NCBI GenBank assembly: GCA_942492995.1
Contig: OW818653.1
Coordinates: 630,001 to 662,000 of the forward strand
Direction: 5' to 3'
Length of the DNA stretch: 32,000 nucleotides
Source of the DNA: an uncultured Erysipelotrichaceae bacterium
Lineage (GTDB): Bacteria > Bacillota_I > Bacilli_A > Erysipelotrichales > Erysipelotrichaceae
This document shows, in pieces, positions 10,356 to 18,471 of the stretch (the first letter of the stretch is position 1; every line of letters begins with the position of its first letter). Below the pieces are notes generated by a model, which made no database searches, was not told the DNA's origin, and was given only the letters and a program-made list of their open reading frames with translations. The position numbers and the translations under genes were made by a program.

Positions 10356-11225
10356 CTAATCTACTCGAGATTGTGTCTTATTACGAATAATGATTGCAGT
10401 TAAATTAGTTAATAATAAGAGAATTAACATTACTAGAATACCTGATGCTGCGATTTCTGCAAAAGCAGCTTGTGGACGAGATGTCCAATTAAATACGATT
10501 AATGGTAATGCTGAATAACGATCTAATAAGTTTTGAGGTAAGAATGTAACAAACCCTACAGCACCTACCATGATTAATGGAGCAGCTTCACCCATAGCGC
10601 GTGATAATGCAAGTATTGATCCAGTCATTATACCTGGTAATGACATTGGTAATATGACACCTGTTATCGTTTTCCAACGTGTAACACCTAGAGCATAAGA
10701 ACCTTCTCGTATAGAGTTAGGTACTGCTTTAATTGCCTCTGATGAAGAAACAATAATAACTGGTAAAATCAATAAACTTAAAGTAAATGCGCCAACAATT
10801 AAGCTTGGACCTAATCTAAGTAGTTGAGAGAATACAGCTAATCCAAGAATTCCATATACAATCGCAGGTACTCCAGCTAAATTTGATATATTTAATTGAA
10901 GTAATTTGAAGAATTTTGATCGTTTATCTGCATATTCTTCTAAATAAATTGCTGTACCAACACCAACAGGAATTGCGATTAAAGCTGTTAGTCCTATTAC
11001 TCCCAAACTACCGATTAATGCTGGGAGTATACCTGCTCTACTAGCCCTTCCCGAAGGCATATTAGTAATAAAATCCCATGTGAGAGTTTTATACCCTTTT
11101 AGAAAAATATCAACTAATAAAGTACATAGGATAAAAATTGACATGAATATTATGAATATAAGGAAATATTTAAAAATATTATTAATAAGATGTCTTCTTT
11201 TAAGTTTCTTCTTATAGTTATTCAT
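10356..11225 (-). CDS. pstA: Phosphate ABC transporter permease PstA
   Basis: 289 aa multi-TM protein with EAA-loop region (REGSYALGVTRWKTI). Position is pstC-pstA-pstB. Confidence 0.9.
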   Translation of the reverse strand: MNNYKKKLKRRHLINNIFKYFLIFIIFMSIFILCTLLVDIFLKGYKTLTWDFITNMPSGRASRAGILPALIGSLGVIGLTALIAIPVGVGTAIYLEEYADKRSKFFKLLQLNISNLAGVPAIVYGILGLAVFSQLLRLGPSLIVGAFTLSLLILPVIIVSSSEAIKAVPNSIREGSYALGVTRWKTITGVILPMSLPGIMTGSILALSRAMGEAAPLIMVGAVGFVTFLPQNLLDRYSALPLIVFNWTSRPQAAFAEIAASGILVMLILLLLTNLTAIIIRNKTQSRVD

Positions 11226-12112
11226 TAATATACCTCCCTATTCTTCGCAATTACATATTTCGCAAATATATTCATTAATAATGTAATTAAGAATAAAACT
11301 GCTCCAACCGCGAATACTGTCTTAAATTCGATTGATCCTTGTTGAATATCACCCAAAGCCATATTTACCATAAAACCAGTCATGGTTTGAATACTACCAA
11401 ATGGATTTAAAGACATAGATGGAGTTTGACCAGCAGCGATTGCTACAATCATTGTTTCACCAATTGCACGAGATATCGCTAACACAAAGGATGAAGCTAT
11501 ACCAGAGAATGCAGCTGGAACAATGACATGTATTGCTACTTCAAGCTTAGTTGAACCTAATGCATAGGCACCTTGTCTTATTGAATTAGGTACTGCCATC
11601 ATCGCGTCTTCACTTAAACTAGCGACCATTGGTAAAGTCATAATACCGACTGCAATACTTGCACTTAGAGCATTAAAAATATCAGTGTTTGGTAAAAATG
11701 TTCTTATTAAAGGAGTTATAAATGTCAACGCAAAGAATCCATAAACAATGGATGGAATCCCAGCTAATAATTCAATGATTGGTTTAATTATTTTACGTGT
11801 TTTTGATGTCGCAAATTCACTTAAATATATTGCACTTCCTAATCCTAATGGTAAAGAAACTAAACTTGATAATAGAGCAATCAACAATGTACCAGTGATA
11901 AGTGGTAACACACCAAATGAAGGAGGATCAAATACAGGTGACCATCTTATCGAGGTAAAGAATTCTAAAATCGAAACTTCTGAAAAGAAAATAACTGTTT
12001 CGAACATTAAGCTAAAAACAATTCCAATAGTTGTAAATATTGAAATTGACGCGAATAAAATAAGTATAATTTCTATGAATTTTTCTTGAAGAACATATTT
12101 CTTTTTAGTCAT
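11225..12112 (-). CDS. pstC: Phosphate ABC transporter permease PstC
   Basis: 295 aa multi-TM protein with EAA-loop region (RQGAYALGSTKLEVA). TAATG junction with pstA. SD AGGAG lies 6 nt upstream of the ATG at 12112. Confidence 0.9.
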   Translation of the reverse strand: MTKKKYVLQEKFIEIILILFASISIFTTIGIVFSLMFETVIFFSEVSILEFFTSIRWSPVFDPPSFGVLPLITGTLLIALLSSLVSLPLGLGSAIYLSEFATSKTRKIIKPIIELLAGIPSIVYGFFALTFITPLIRTFLPNTDIFNALSASIAVGIMTLPMVASLSEDAMMAVPNSIRQGAYALGSTKLEVAIHVIVPAAFSGIASSFVLAISRAIGETMIVAIAAGQTPSMSLNPFGSIQTMTGFMVNMALGDIQQGSIEFKTVFAVGAVLFLITLLMNIFAKYVIAKNREVY

Positions 12113-12135
12113 TCTATCTCCTTAACAAGGCTAAA

Positions 12136-12156
12136 GACGCCTTATATTCAGGCGCC
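12136..12156 (-). promoter_or_regulatory. GC-rich stem-loop between pstS and pstC (candidate attenuator or mRNA-stabilising hairpin)
   Basis: The minus-strand RNA reads GGCGCCU-GAAUAUA-AGGCGUC. That gives 7 bp including one G-U, followed by only UUU. Confidence 0.4.
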
Positions 12157-12181
12157 AATAGACCATATTTTGTATTTTTAC

Positions 12182-13114
12182 TTATTTTAATTTAGCTAAT
12201 GCTTCAGTATACAATTCTTCAGGCAATGAAACATATCCAACTTCTGCAGCTAATTCGCCAGCATTTTCAAGATAGAATTCTACGAAAGCCAATACTTCAG
12301 GACGTTCAAGTTCTGCAGCATTCGCATAGATGAACAATGGTCTTGATAATGGGTATGAGCCATCCATGATTGAATCATATGTTGGAGCTACTGCAACTGC
12401 TTCTTTTTGTACAGGTACAGCTTTAAGTTTATCTGCATTTTCTTCGAAATAAGCAAATCCAAAGTAACCGATAGATCCAGCATCACCAGCAACACCCGTT
12501 ACTAACGCATTATCATCTTCACTAAAGAATATTTTAACTGTTTCAGAATCTTGACGAATAACACCTGCTTTACCATTTACAGCCTCAGTGAAGTAATCAA
12601 ATGTACCTGAGTCATGTCCTGGAGAATATAACTTGATTTCTGTATCAGGGAATCCTACACGAATATCGCTCCATTTAGTAGCTGTTGCTTCAGCACCCCA
12701 AATCATATTTAATTCTTCTATTGTTAAATAATCAACCCACGTATTTTCAGTTGAAACTACAACTGATAAACCGTCATATGCAACCATTAATTCAACATAT
12801 TCAATTCCAGCTGCTGTTGTTGCTTCAGCTTCAGCAGTCTTGATAGGTCTTGAAGCACCAGAAATTTCAATTTCTTTAGCCGCAAACTTTGTAAAACCAC
12901 CACCAGTCCCTGAGAAACCAACAGTCAATTTAACATCTGGGTTAATCGCAATAAATTCTTCCGCAACTAATTCTGTAATAGGGAATACGGTTGATGAACC
13001 ATCAATCGATATTGTTCCTTCTAATTTATTTTCAACAACTGGTGCTTCTGCAACACATCCAACTAATCCTAAACTTAAAATTAATCCAACTACCATTAAT
13101 CGAAAAAATTTCAT
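12182..13114 (-). CDS. pstS: Phosphate-binding lipoprotein PstS
   Basis: 310 aa. Signal peptide with lipobox LVGC. PBP-like PstS motifs (DGSSTVFP, SGTGGG, SGASRP, GYFGFAY). Strong SD AGGAGG (13119-13124). Confidence 0.9.
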   Translation of the reverse strand: MKFFRLMVVGLILSLGLVGCVAEAPVVENKLEGTISIDGSSTVFPITELVAEEFIAINPDVKLTVGFSGTGGGFTKFAAKEIEISGASRPIKTAEAEATTAAGIEYVELMVAYDGLSVVVSTENTWVDYLTIEELNMIWGAEATATKWSDIRVGFPDTEIKLYSPGHDSGTFDYFTEAVNGKAGVIRQDSETVKIFFSEDDNALVTGVAGDAGSIGYFGFAYFEENADKLKAVPVQKEAVAVAPTYDSIMDGSYPLSRPLFIYANAAELERPEVLAFVEFYLENAGELAAEVGYVSLPEELYTEALAKLK

Positions 13115-13142
13115 ATTTCCTCCTAGGATAAATCCTAAGCAT

Positions 13143-13206
13143 AGTATATGAAATTTATTAAATGAGTTAGTTTCTGTCGTGTTAATGATTCGTTAATTAT
13201 TCTTAA
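13143..13206 (-). promoter_or_regulatory. Candidate Pho-regulated pstS promoter: phased TTAACA-like hexamers plus -10 TATACT
   Basis: The minus strand from 13206 to 13169 reads TTAAGA-ataa-TTAACG-aatca-TTAACA-cgaca-GAAACT, a 10-11 bp phasing. After a further 20 nt comes TATACT (13148-13143). There is no canonical -35. Confidence 0.3.
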
Positions 13207-14428
13207 CAATTGAATTCGGGAAAGTTAATACAAATGTAGAACCAACATTTAAATTACTAATTGCTTCTATTTGACCTTTATGTGCTTGAACATATGCCTT
13301 TACTATTGCTAAACCTAAACCACTACCACCCGTCTGTCTTGATCTTGACTCATCAACTCTATAATAACGATCAAATATGTATGGTATTTCGTCTTGATGA
13401 ATTCCAATTCCATCATCTTTTATAAATAGTTCGAATTTACTATTCGAGAGATTATCGTATAACTTAATAACCCCCTTATCACTTGACTTAATCGCATTAC
13501 TAATCAAGTTTGAGATAATATGGAAAAATTTATCCTTATCAGCGTATATATAAATGCTAGGATTTACTTCATTATCTAATTTCAATTTCTTCTCTTTAAT
13601 TAATGTACTATAACTACGATTTACTTCATTAATCAATTCATGAAGATTAAATGTACTTAGATCCAATAATACATTTTTCGAAGAAAATCGAGATAAATTT
13701 AACATGTCATTTATAATATTTTCCATTCGCTTTGATTCAATTTCAATTTGCTTATGGAAATCAATTAAAGTTTCATTATCATTGAAATCAGGTCTATTAA
13801 TGATTTCAATCATACCTTTAATTGCTGAGATAGGAGTTTTTAATTCATGTGAAGCATCTGCGATAAATCGTTTTTGTATACGCTCACGTTCTAATATATT
13901 AGTAATATTTTGAAATATAAATAATGTTCCTACAAATCGATTATTTTCATAAATGGTTATTGATAAAGCATTATAATCTTGACTATTTATACTTAAACTT
14001 CTTTGTAGATTGCTTTCTTTTAAATATGATTCTCGCATAAACGCTTTAATATCGTTATTCAAAGGACTATCATCTTTTAAAATAGAAATAGACGTAATCT
14101 CATTCATACGTAAGAAACTATCATTCGTTAATAAGAAAGAAGACTTATTATCTAATAAAGCTAAAGGGAAATTTATGTTTGAAATAATTGTTTCGAGTTG
14201 TTTATAACGAAGATTCGATTGTTTGTTTATTTGAAACATTTGTTCCTGATATTCATACAAAAGTCTTTCAGATTTAATCTTTTTTACATTTACTTCATCA
14301 AAAAATAAATATAAAATTGTGAAGAAAACAAGAATTATTAAAATGTTTTTATCAACAAATTGTACATTTTCGTTTATTAATAAAAGAATAAATCCAAATA
14401 CGATTTTTAGATAAAACTTAATGCTCAT
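13193..14428 (-). CDS. phoR: Phosphate-regulon sensor histidine kinase (PhoR-like)
   Basis: 411 aa. Two N-terminal TM helices separated by a loop of about 10 aa, then a PAS-like segment. H-box ADASHELKTPISAIKG, N-box (ISNLISNAIK) and G-boxes (DDGIGI, GGSGLGLAIV). Overlaps phoP by 11 nt. Confidence 0.85.
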   Translation of the reverse strand: MSIKFYLKIVFGFILLLINENVQFVDKNILIILVFFTILYLFFDEVNVKKIKSERLLYEYQEQMFQINKQSNLRYKQLETIISNINFPLALLDNKSSFLLTNDSFLRMNEITSISILKDDSPLNNDIKAFMRESYLKESNLQRSLSINSQDYNALSITIYENNRFVGTLFIFQNITNILERERIQKRFIADASHELKTPISAIKGMIEIINRPDFNDNETLIDFHKQIEIESKRMENIINDMLNLSRFSSKNVLLDLSTFNLHELINEVNRSYSTLIKEKKLKLDNEVNPSIYIYADKDKFFHIISNLISNAIKSSDKGVIKLYDNLSNSKFELFIKDDGIGIHQDEIPYIFDRYYRVDESRSRQTGGSGLGLAIVKAYVQAHKGQIEAISNLNVGSTFVLTFPNSIVKNN

Positions 14429-15095
14429 TATGAACCTCTAGACTGTATCCAACTCCACGAATTGATTTAAAATCGAATAATTTCGATTTAACTTTTGTTT
14501 TAAGTTTAAATACATGTACATCCACAATCCTTGTATCTCCATCATAATCAAAATTCCAAAGTTCATTTAAAATATCATCGCGGGATAAAACTTTATTTTT
14601 ATGATCAATAAAGTATATAAATAAATCAAATTCAACTTTAGTTAAAAAGATGGGTTCACCATTAATCGTACACGTACGTTTATTTAGATCAATTAAACAA
14701 TCACCTATATTACGACTTTGTGAATGTTCTTGTTTCAATCTCTTCAAATGAGCATTTATTCTTAAAATTAATTCTCTTGATGAGAATGGTTTACGCATAT
14801 AATCATCAACACCTGCTTCAAAAGCCTCAACGATATCCTCTTCTTCATCTTTTGCGGTTAACATAAATAATATTGCGTCGTATGATTCTTGACGAATCTT
14901 CCTTACCAATTCAATACCACTTAGCTTTGGCATCATCCAATCGATAATACATACATCATATGTATTTTGATGAATTAGATCTAATGCCTCTTGTCCATTT
15001 TCACATACATCAAAATCATATCCAGCATGTTTTAAATCATAACTGACTAATTTACGAATATTTACTTCATCATCAACAAATAGTACTTTAGCCAT
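14418..15095 (-). CDS. phoP: OmpR-family response regulator (PhoP/PhoB-like)
   Basis: Receiver domain (KVLFVDDE...DVCIIDWMMP...TAKD) plus a winged-helix output domain (LTKVEFDLF...RGVGYSL). The start is set at ATG 15095 (MAKVLFVDDE, SD AAGGA upstream) rather than the track's 15122. Overlaps the phoH stop by 8 nt. Confidence 0.9.
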   Translation of the reverse strand: MAKVLFVDDEVNIRKLVSYDLKHAGYDFDVCENGQEALDLIHQNTYDVCIIDWMMPKLSGIELVRKIRQESYDAILFMLTAKDEEEDIVEAFEAGVDDYMRKPFSSRELILRINAHLKRLKQEHSQSRNIGDCLIDLNKRTCTINGEPIFLTKVEFDLFIYFIDHKNKVLSRDDILNELWNFDYDGDTRIVDVHVFKLKTKVKSKLFDFKSIRGVGYSLEVHNEH

Positions 15096-16050
15096 TTTTT
15101 TCGTCCTTTTCATATGATTCAATAATTTTTTGAACTAATGGATGTCTTACAATATCCATTTTAGTCAATTCAATAAATTTTATTTCAGATATATCTTTTA
15201 ACACTTTTTTAGCATGTGTAAGGCCTGAACTTTGTCTTAAATCTATTTGTGTTATGTCTCCAGTAACAACCAATCGAGTTCGAAATCCCATACGCGTTAG
15301 AAACATTAACATCTGCGTTTTAGTCGTATTCTGTGCTTCATCTAGAATAACATATGAATCATCAAACGTTCTACCACGCATATACGCTAATGGGGCAATT
15401 TCAATTACACCCTTCTCAATCATTTTATCTACGGTTTCAATTCCTAAAACATCATTTAATGCGTCATATAATGGCCTTAGATATGGATCAATCTTTTCTT
15501 TTAAATCACCTGGTAAAAAGCCTAAATTCTCTCCAGCTTCAACAACTGGTCGAGTAAGAATTATTTTCTTAATTTCAGCTTTCTTTAATAATGATACAGC
15601 ATACACTACAGACAGATACGTTTTACCAGTACCAGCAGGTCCTGACGCTATTACACATTCAAAATCCTTAAGTGCATCTATAAATCTACTTTGGCCTAAT
15701 GTTTTGGCATAGATTGGTTTGCCACTCACCGTTCTACCGATTAACTGATTTGAAACTTTAAAAAATTGTTCCTGAGCATTTTCAATAACACATTGTGATA
15801 AATAGATAACATCTCTTTCATCCAATGATTGGTTTTGTTTAAGATGTCGAATTAATGCGTTAACACTATCTAATATTAATTGTGCTTGTTTAGCATCATG
15901 CGTATTGACATGTAATATATTATCTCTAAGTATAAATTCTTGATTAAAAGCTTGTTTTAACAATTTTAAATTCTGATCTTGTAACCCATGTAACAATTGT
16001 GTTTCTTCTAAAGTAAGTGCTTCAATTTCAAATTTATAATTCTGTGTCAT
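15088..16050 (-). CDS. phoH: PhoH/YbeZ-family ATPase
   Basis: 320 aa. Walker A GPAGTGKTY, Walker B YVILDEAQN, and the PhoH signature TGDITQIDL. Confidence 0.9.
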   Translation of the reverse strand: MTQNYKFEIEALTLEETQLLHGLQDQNLKLLKQAFNQEFILRDNILHVNTHDAKQAQLILDSVNALIRHLKQNQSLDERDVIYLSQCVIENAQEQFFKVSNQLIGRTVSGKPIYAKTLGQSRFIDALKDFECVIASGPAGTGKTYLSVVYAVSLLKKAEIKKIILTRPVVEAGENLGFLPGDLKEKIDPYLRPLYDALNDVLGIETVDKMIEKGVIEIAPLAYMRGRTFDDSYVILDEAQNTTKTQMLMFLTRMGFRTRLVVTGDITQIDLRQSSGLTHAKKVLKDISEIKFIELTKMDIVRHPLVQKIIESYEKDEKNG

Positions 16051-16067
16051 TGTTTACCTCTAATTCA

Positions 16068-16095
16068 ATTTTATCTATGTTCAAGCAAATGTAAA
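16068..16095 (-). promoter_or_regulatory. Candidate sigma-A promoter of phoH-phoPR
   Basis: The minus strand reads TTTACA (16095-16090), a 16-nt spacer, then TAAAAT (16073-16068). After a further 17 nt containing SD AGAGG comes the ATG at 16050. The -35 abuts the T-tract of the rpsU terminator. Confidence 0.3.
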
Positions 16096-16116
16096 CAAAA
16101 AGAAGCTTTCGCTTCT
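16093..16116 (-). terminator. Putative rho-independent terminator after rpsU
   Basis: The minus strand reads AGAAGC-GAAA-GCTTCT followed by TTTTGTTT. The stem is only 6 bp and overlaps the rpsU TAG stop. Confidence 0.45.
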
Positions 16117-16294
16117 ATTTTGAACGTCTTGCTTTTCTTGCAGCTTCTTGTTTTAATTTACGTTTAACTCCAGGTTTAACGTAGTATTCTCTTTTACGTG
16201 CTTCAGCGAGGGTACCATTGCGCGATACTTGGCGTTTAAACCTACGTAACGCTTCATCTAAACCTTCATTCTCTTTTATAACGACTCTTGGCAT
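16115..16294 (-). CDS. rpsU: 30S ribosomal protein S21 (59 aa; too short for the supplied ORF track)
   Basis: My own translation of the minus strand gives [59 protein letters not shown]. This closely matches the Bacillus S21 pattern (...[32 protein letters not shown]...). Strong SD GAGGAGGGGAG upstream. Confidence 0.9.
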   Translation of the reverse strand: MPRVVIKENEGLDEALRRFKRQVSRNGTLAEARKREYYVKPGVKRKLKQEAARKARRSK

Positions 16295-16326
16295 TCTCTC
16301 CCCTCCTCTCTAAAGTTACCGTTGTA

Positions 16327-16355
16327 ATTATAAACAGTATACGTATAAATTGCAA
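16327..16355 (-). promoter_or_regulatory. Sigma-A promoter of rpsU
   Basis: The minus strand reads TTGCAA (16355-16350), a 17-nt spacer, then TATAAT (16332-16327). A leader of about 25 nt with a strong SD follows. The promoter starts 1 nt after the deoC stop. Confidence 0.6.
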
Positions 16356-16356
16356 G

Positions 16357-17019
16357 TTAATATGTAGAATTAGCTTCTAATCCCTGAATTAACTTAACAC
16401 CACTTGATGTTCCAATTCGATCAGCCCCAGCTTCTATCATTTTTCTTAAATCTTCTGATGACTTAACACCACCAGCTGCTTTAACTTTACAATGACCTTT
16501 AACTGTATCTTTCATTAATTTAACATCTTCAAACGTTGCGCCAGCAGTTGAGAAACCAGTAGAAGTTTTTACGAAATGAGCTTTCGCAATTACACACAAT
16601 TCGCAAGCGCGAATTTTCTCTTCTTCGGTAAGTAAACATGTTTCTATAATAACTTTAACAACTTTACCATGAGCTGCTTTAACAACCGCTTTAATATCAT
16701 TTAGTACAACTTCATCTTGTCTATCTTTTAATGCTCCAATATTAATAACCATATCAAATTCTTCGGCACCTTGATTCAAAGCAGTTGTTGTTTCAAACGC
16801 TTTACTCTCAGTTGAAGTAGCACCTAATGGAAACCCAATTACAGTACATACCTTTACATCAGAATCTTTAAGAGCTTCTTTACACAAAGGAACCCAAAAT
16901 GGATTAATACAAACAGATGCGAATGAATATACTTTAGCTTCATCACAAAGTTTAAGTAATTCCTCTTGTGTTGCGTTTGCCTTAAGTAAAGTATGATCTA
17001 TATATTGATTGTATGTCAT
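16357..17019 (-). CDS. deoC: Deoxyribose-phosphate aldolase
   Basis: 220 aa class I aldolase. Motifs: [16 protein letters not shown], Schiff-base lysine context FVKTSTGF, and KAAGGV. Confidence 0.9.
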   Translation of the reverse strand: MTYNQYIDHTLLKANATQEELLKLCDEAKVYSFASVCINPFWVPLCKEALKDSDVKVCTVIGFPLGATSTESKAFETTTALNQGAEEFDMVINIGALKDRQDEVVLNDIKAVVKAAHGKVVKVIIETCLLTEEEKIRACELCVIAKAHFVKTSTGFSTAGATFEDVKLMKDTVKGHCKVKAAGGVKSSEDLRKMIEAGADRIGTSSGVKLIQGLEANSTY

Positions 17020-18470
17020 AGTTGTTCCTCCTTTTGAACAATGTATTTCTTGAGAATATCTTTTGTTGCAGAATCGTCACCCATCCAATACTCTTTACCG
17101 AATTGGCGGGTTATATAACGTTCATTCCCTTTAGCTAAGATTAACACAGTATCATTTTTATTAGCTAATTCTAGTGCTTGTAATATCGCATCATAACGAT
17201 CTAACACAATAATGAAATTATTTTGTTTAATTCCATTTGATATTTCTTGCGCAATTTGTAACGCGGATTCATTTCTTGGATCTTCTTCAGTTAATATTAT
17301 CATTTGACAATATTTATCACTGATACTACCAAGAATTGGTCGTTTTTTACTATCTCTTTTACCTGCAGAACCAAATACACTAATAATTTTATTGTTTGGT
17401 GGAGTAATAGAATCCGCAAATTGATATATTTTTTCAAATCCATCGGGTGTATGTGCATAATCTACAATCACATTAAAACTTTGACCTTCTTGGATAACTT
17501 CCATTCTTCCATCTACTTGTGGAAGATGCGTTAGTTGTTCTGATATTTGTTCAATTGTAAATCCCGATTGGTGTAAAGAAGCAATAACAGCTAAAAGATT
17601 CGATAGATTAAATTCAGAGACAAAATTAGTTTCTAAATGATACTCCATATCTTGAACAATAAGCGTAAATTTTGTCGATAATGCACTTAATTCAATATCT
17701 TTTGCTTGATAATCTGCTGTTTCATTAATACTATAACTATACTTTCGTGACTCAATTTCATTGAATAATCGTGCGCCATAAGCATCATCAATATTTATGA
17801 TTGAACACCCTTTTGGTTTGATTAACGTAAATAATCTCTTCTTAGCTTGAAAATAACTTTCCAAATTACCATGATAATCCAAATGATCATGTGTTAAGTT
17901 CGTAAAAATCGCAATATCAAAATTCAACGCATCAACTCTATGTTGATCCAAACCTTGGCTAGATATCTCAAGTGCAGCAGCTTTCATATTAGCTTTAATC
18001 ATACGATTAAGCATTTTTAATAATGGTACAGTTTCATCGGTTGTAAAATCAGGTTTTTCCTTATTTGGACCATATTCAATTGAGATTGTTCCACTATAAC
18101 CACAAGGTGACCATAGACTATAAAGTTCTTTAATCGTTTTTGCGATAGTACTTTTACCATTTGTTCCCGTAACTCCAATTAAATTTAATTTCTGGCTTGG
18201 ATTTTGAAAGAAAATAGCCGCAACACGATTTAACTCCTGTACAACATTTTCAACTTTAATGTATTCAATACCTTCTTCAAACTCAATCTCATCACTATAT
18301 ACAATCGCTACAGCACCATTTTTTATCGCTTGGTTGACAAAAGTATGTCCATCATGAACCATACCTTTCAAACAAAAGAAAAGAGACTTCTTAAGTTCAA
18401 CTCGTGAATCAGTCATAAATTCTTTAATATCCAATGGAGTTGCATCTTTAAATAATCGATTTAGCTTCAT
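17016..18470 (-). CDS. murE: UDP-N-acetylmuramoyl-L-alanyl-D-glutamate ligase MurE
   Basis: P-loop [10 protein letters not shown]. Mur ligase middle and C-terminal domains ([15 protein letters not shown]). The motif EDPR retains the Arg of the DNPR motif associated with meso-DAP-adding enzymes; this is an inference only. Start set at ATG 18470 (MKLNRLF), 1 nt after the mtaB stop. The track's TTG at 18491 is an alternative. Confidence 0.9.
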   Translation of the reverse strand: MKLNRLFKDATPLDIKEFMTDSRVELKKSLFFCLKGMVHDGHTFVNQAIKNGAVAIVYSDEIEFEEGIEYIKVENVVQELNRVAAIFFQNPSQKLNLIGVTGTNGKSTIAKTIKELYSLWSPCGYSGTISIEYGPNKEKPDFTTDETVPLLKMLNRMIKANMKAAALEISSQGLDQHRVDALNFDIAIFTNLTHDHLDYHGNLESYFQAKKRLFTLIKPKGCSIINIDDAYGARLFNEIESRKYSYSINETADYQAKDIELSALSTKFTLIVQDMEYHLETNFVSEFNLSNLLAVIASLHQSGFTIEQISEQLTHLPQVDGRMEVIQEGQSFNVIVDYAHTPDGFEKIYQFADSITPPNNKIISVFGSAGKRDSKKRPILGSISDKYCQMIILTEEDPRNESALQIAQEISNGIKQNNFIIVLDRYDAILQALELANKNDTVLILAKGNERYITRQFGKEYWMGDDSATKDILKKYIVQKEEQL

Positions 18471-18471
18471 A

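Noticed and set aside
13122-13139. Hairpin CCUAGGA-UAAA-UCCUAAG region near the pstS SD, considered as an SD-sequestering switch.
   Set aside because: It overlaps only 3 nt of the AGGAGG, needs a G-U pair, and is a short AT-rich stem. This is not convincing as a regulatory structure.
11748-13151. Antisense ORFs of 113 aa (11748-12089, in pstC) and 103 aa (12840-13151, in pstS).
   Set aside because: Both are opposite-strand shadows of confidently identified pst genes. I saw no start context and no recognisable domains.
15254-15712. 152-aa ORF (plus a nested 67-aa ORF at 15354-15557) antisense to phoH.
   Set aside because: It is entirely contained in the well-supported phoH CDS. Its sequence is S/N/I/P-rich low complexity with no SD or promoter. 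This is the typical shadow frame of AT-rich coding DNA.
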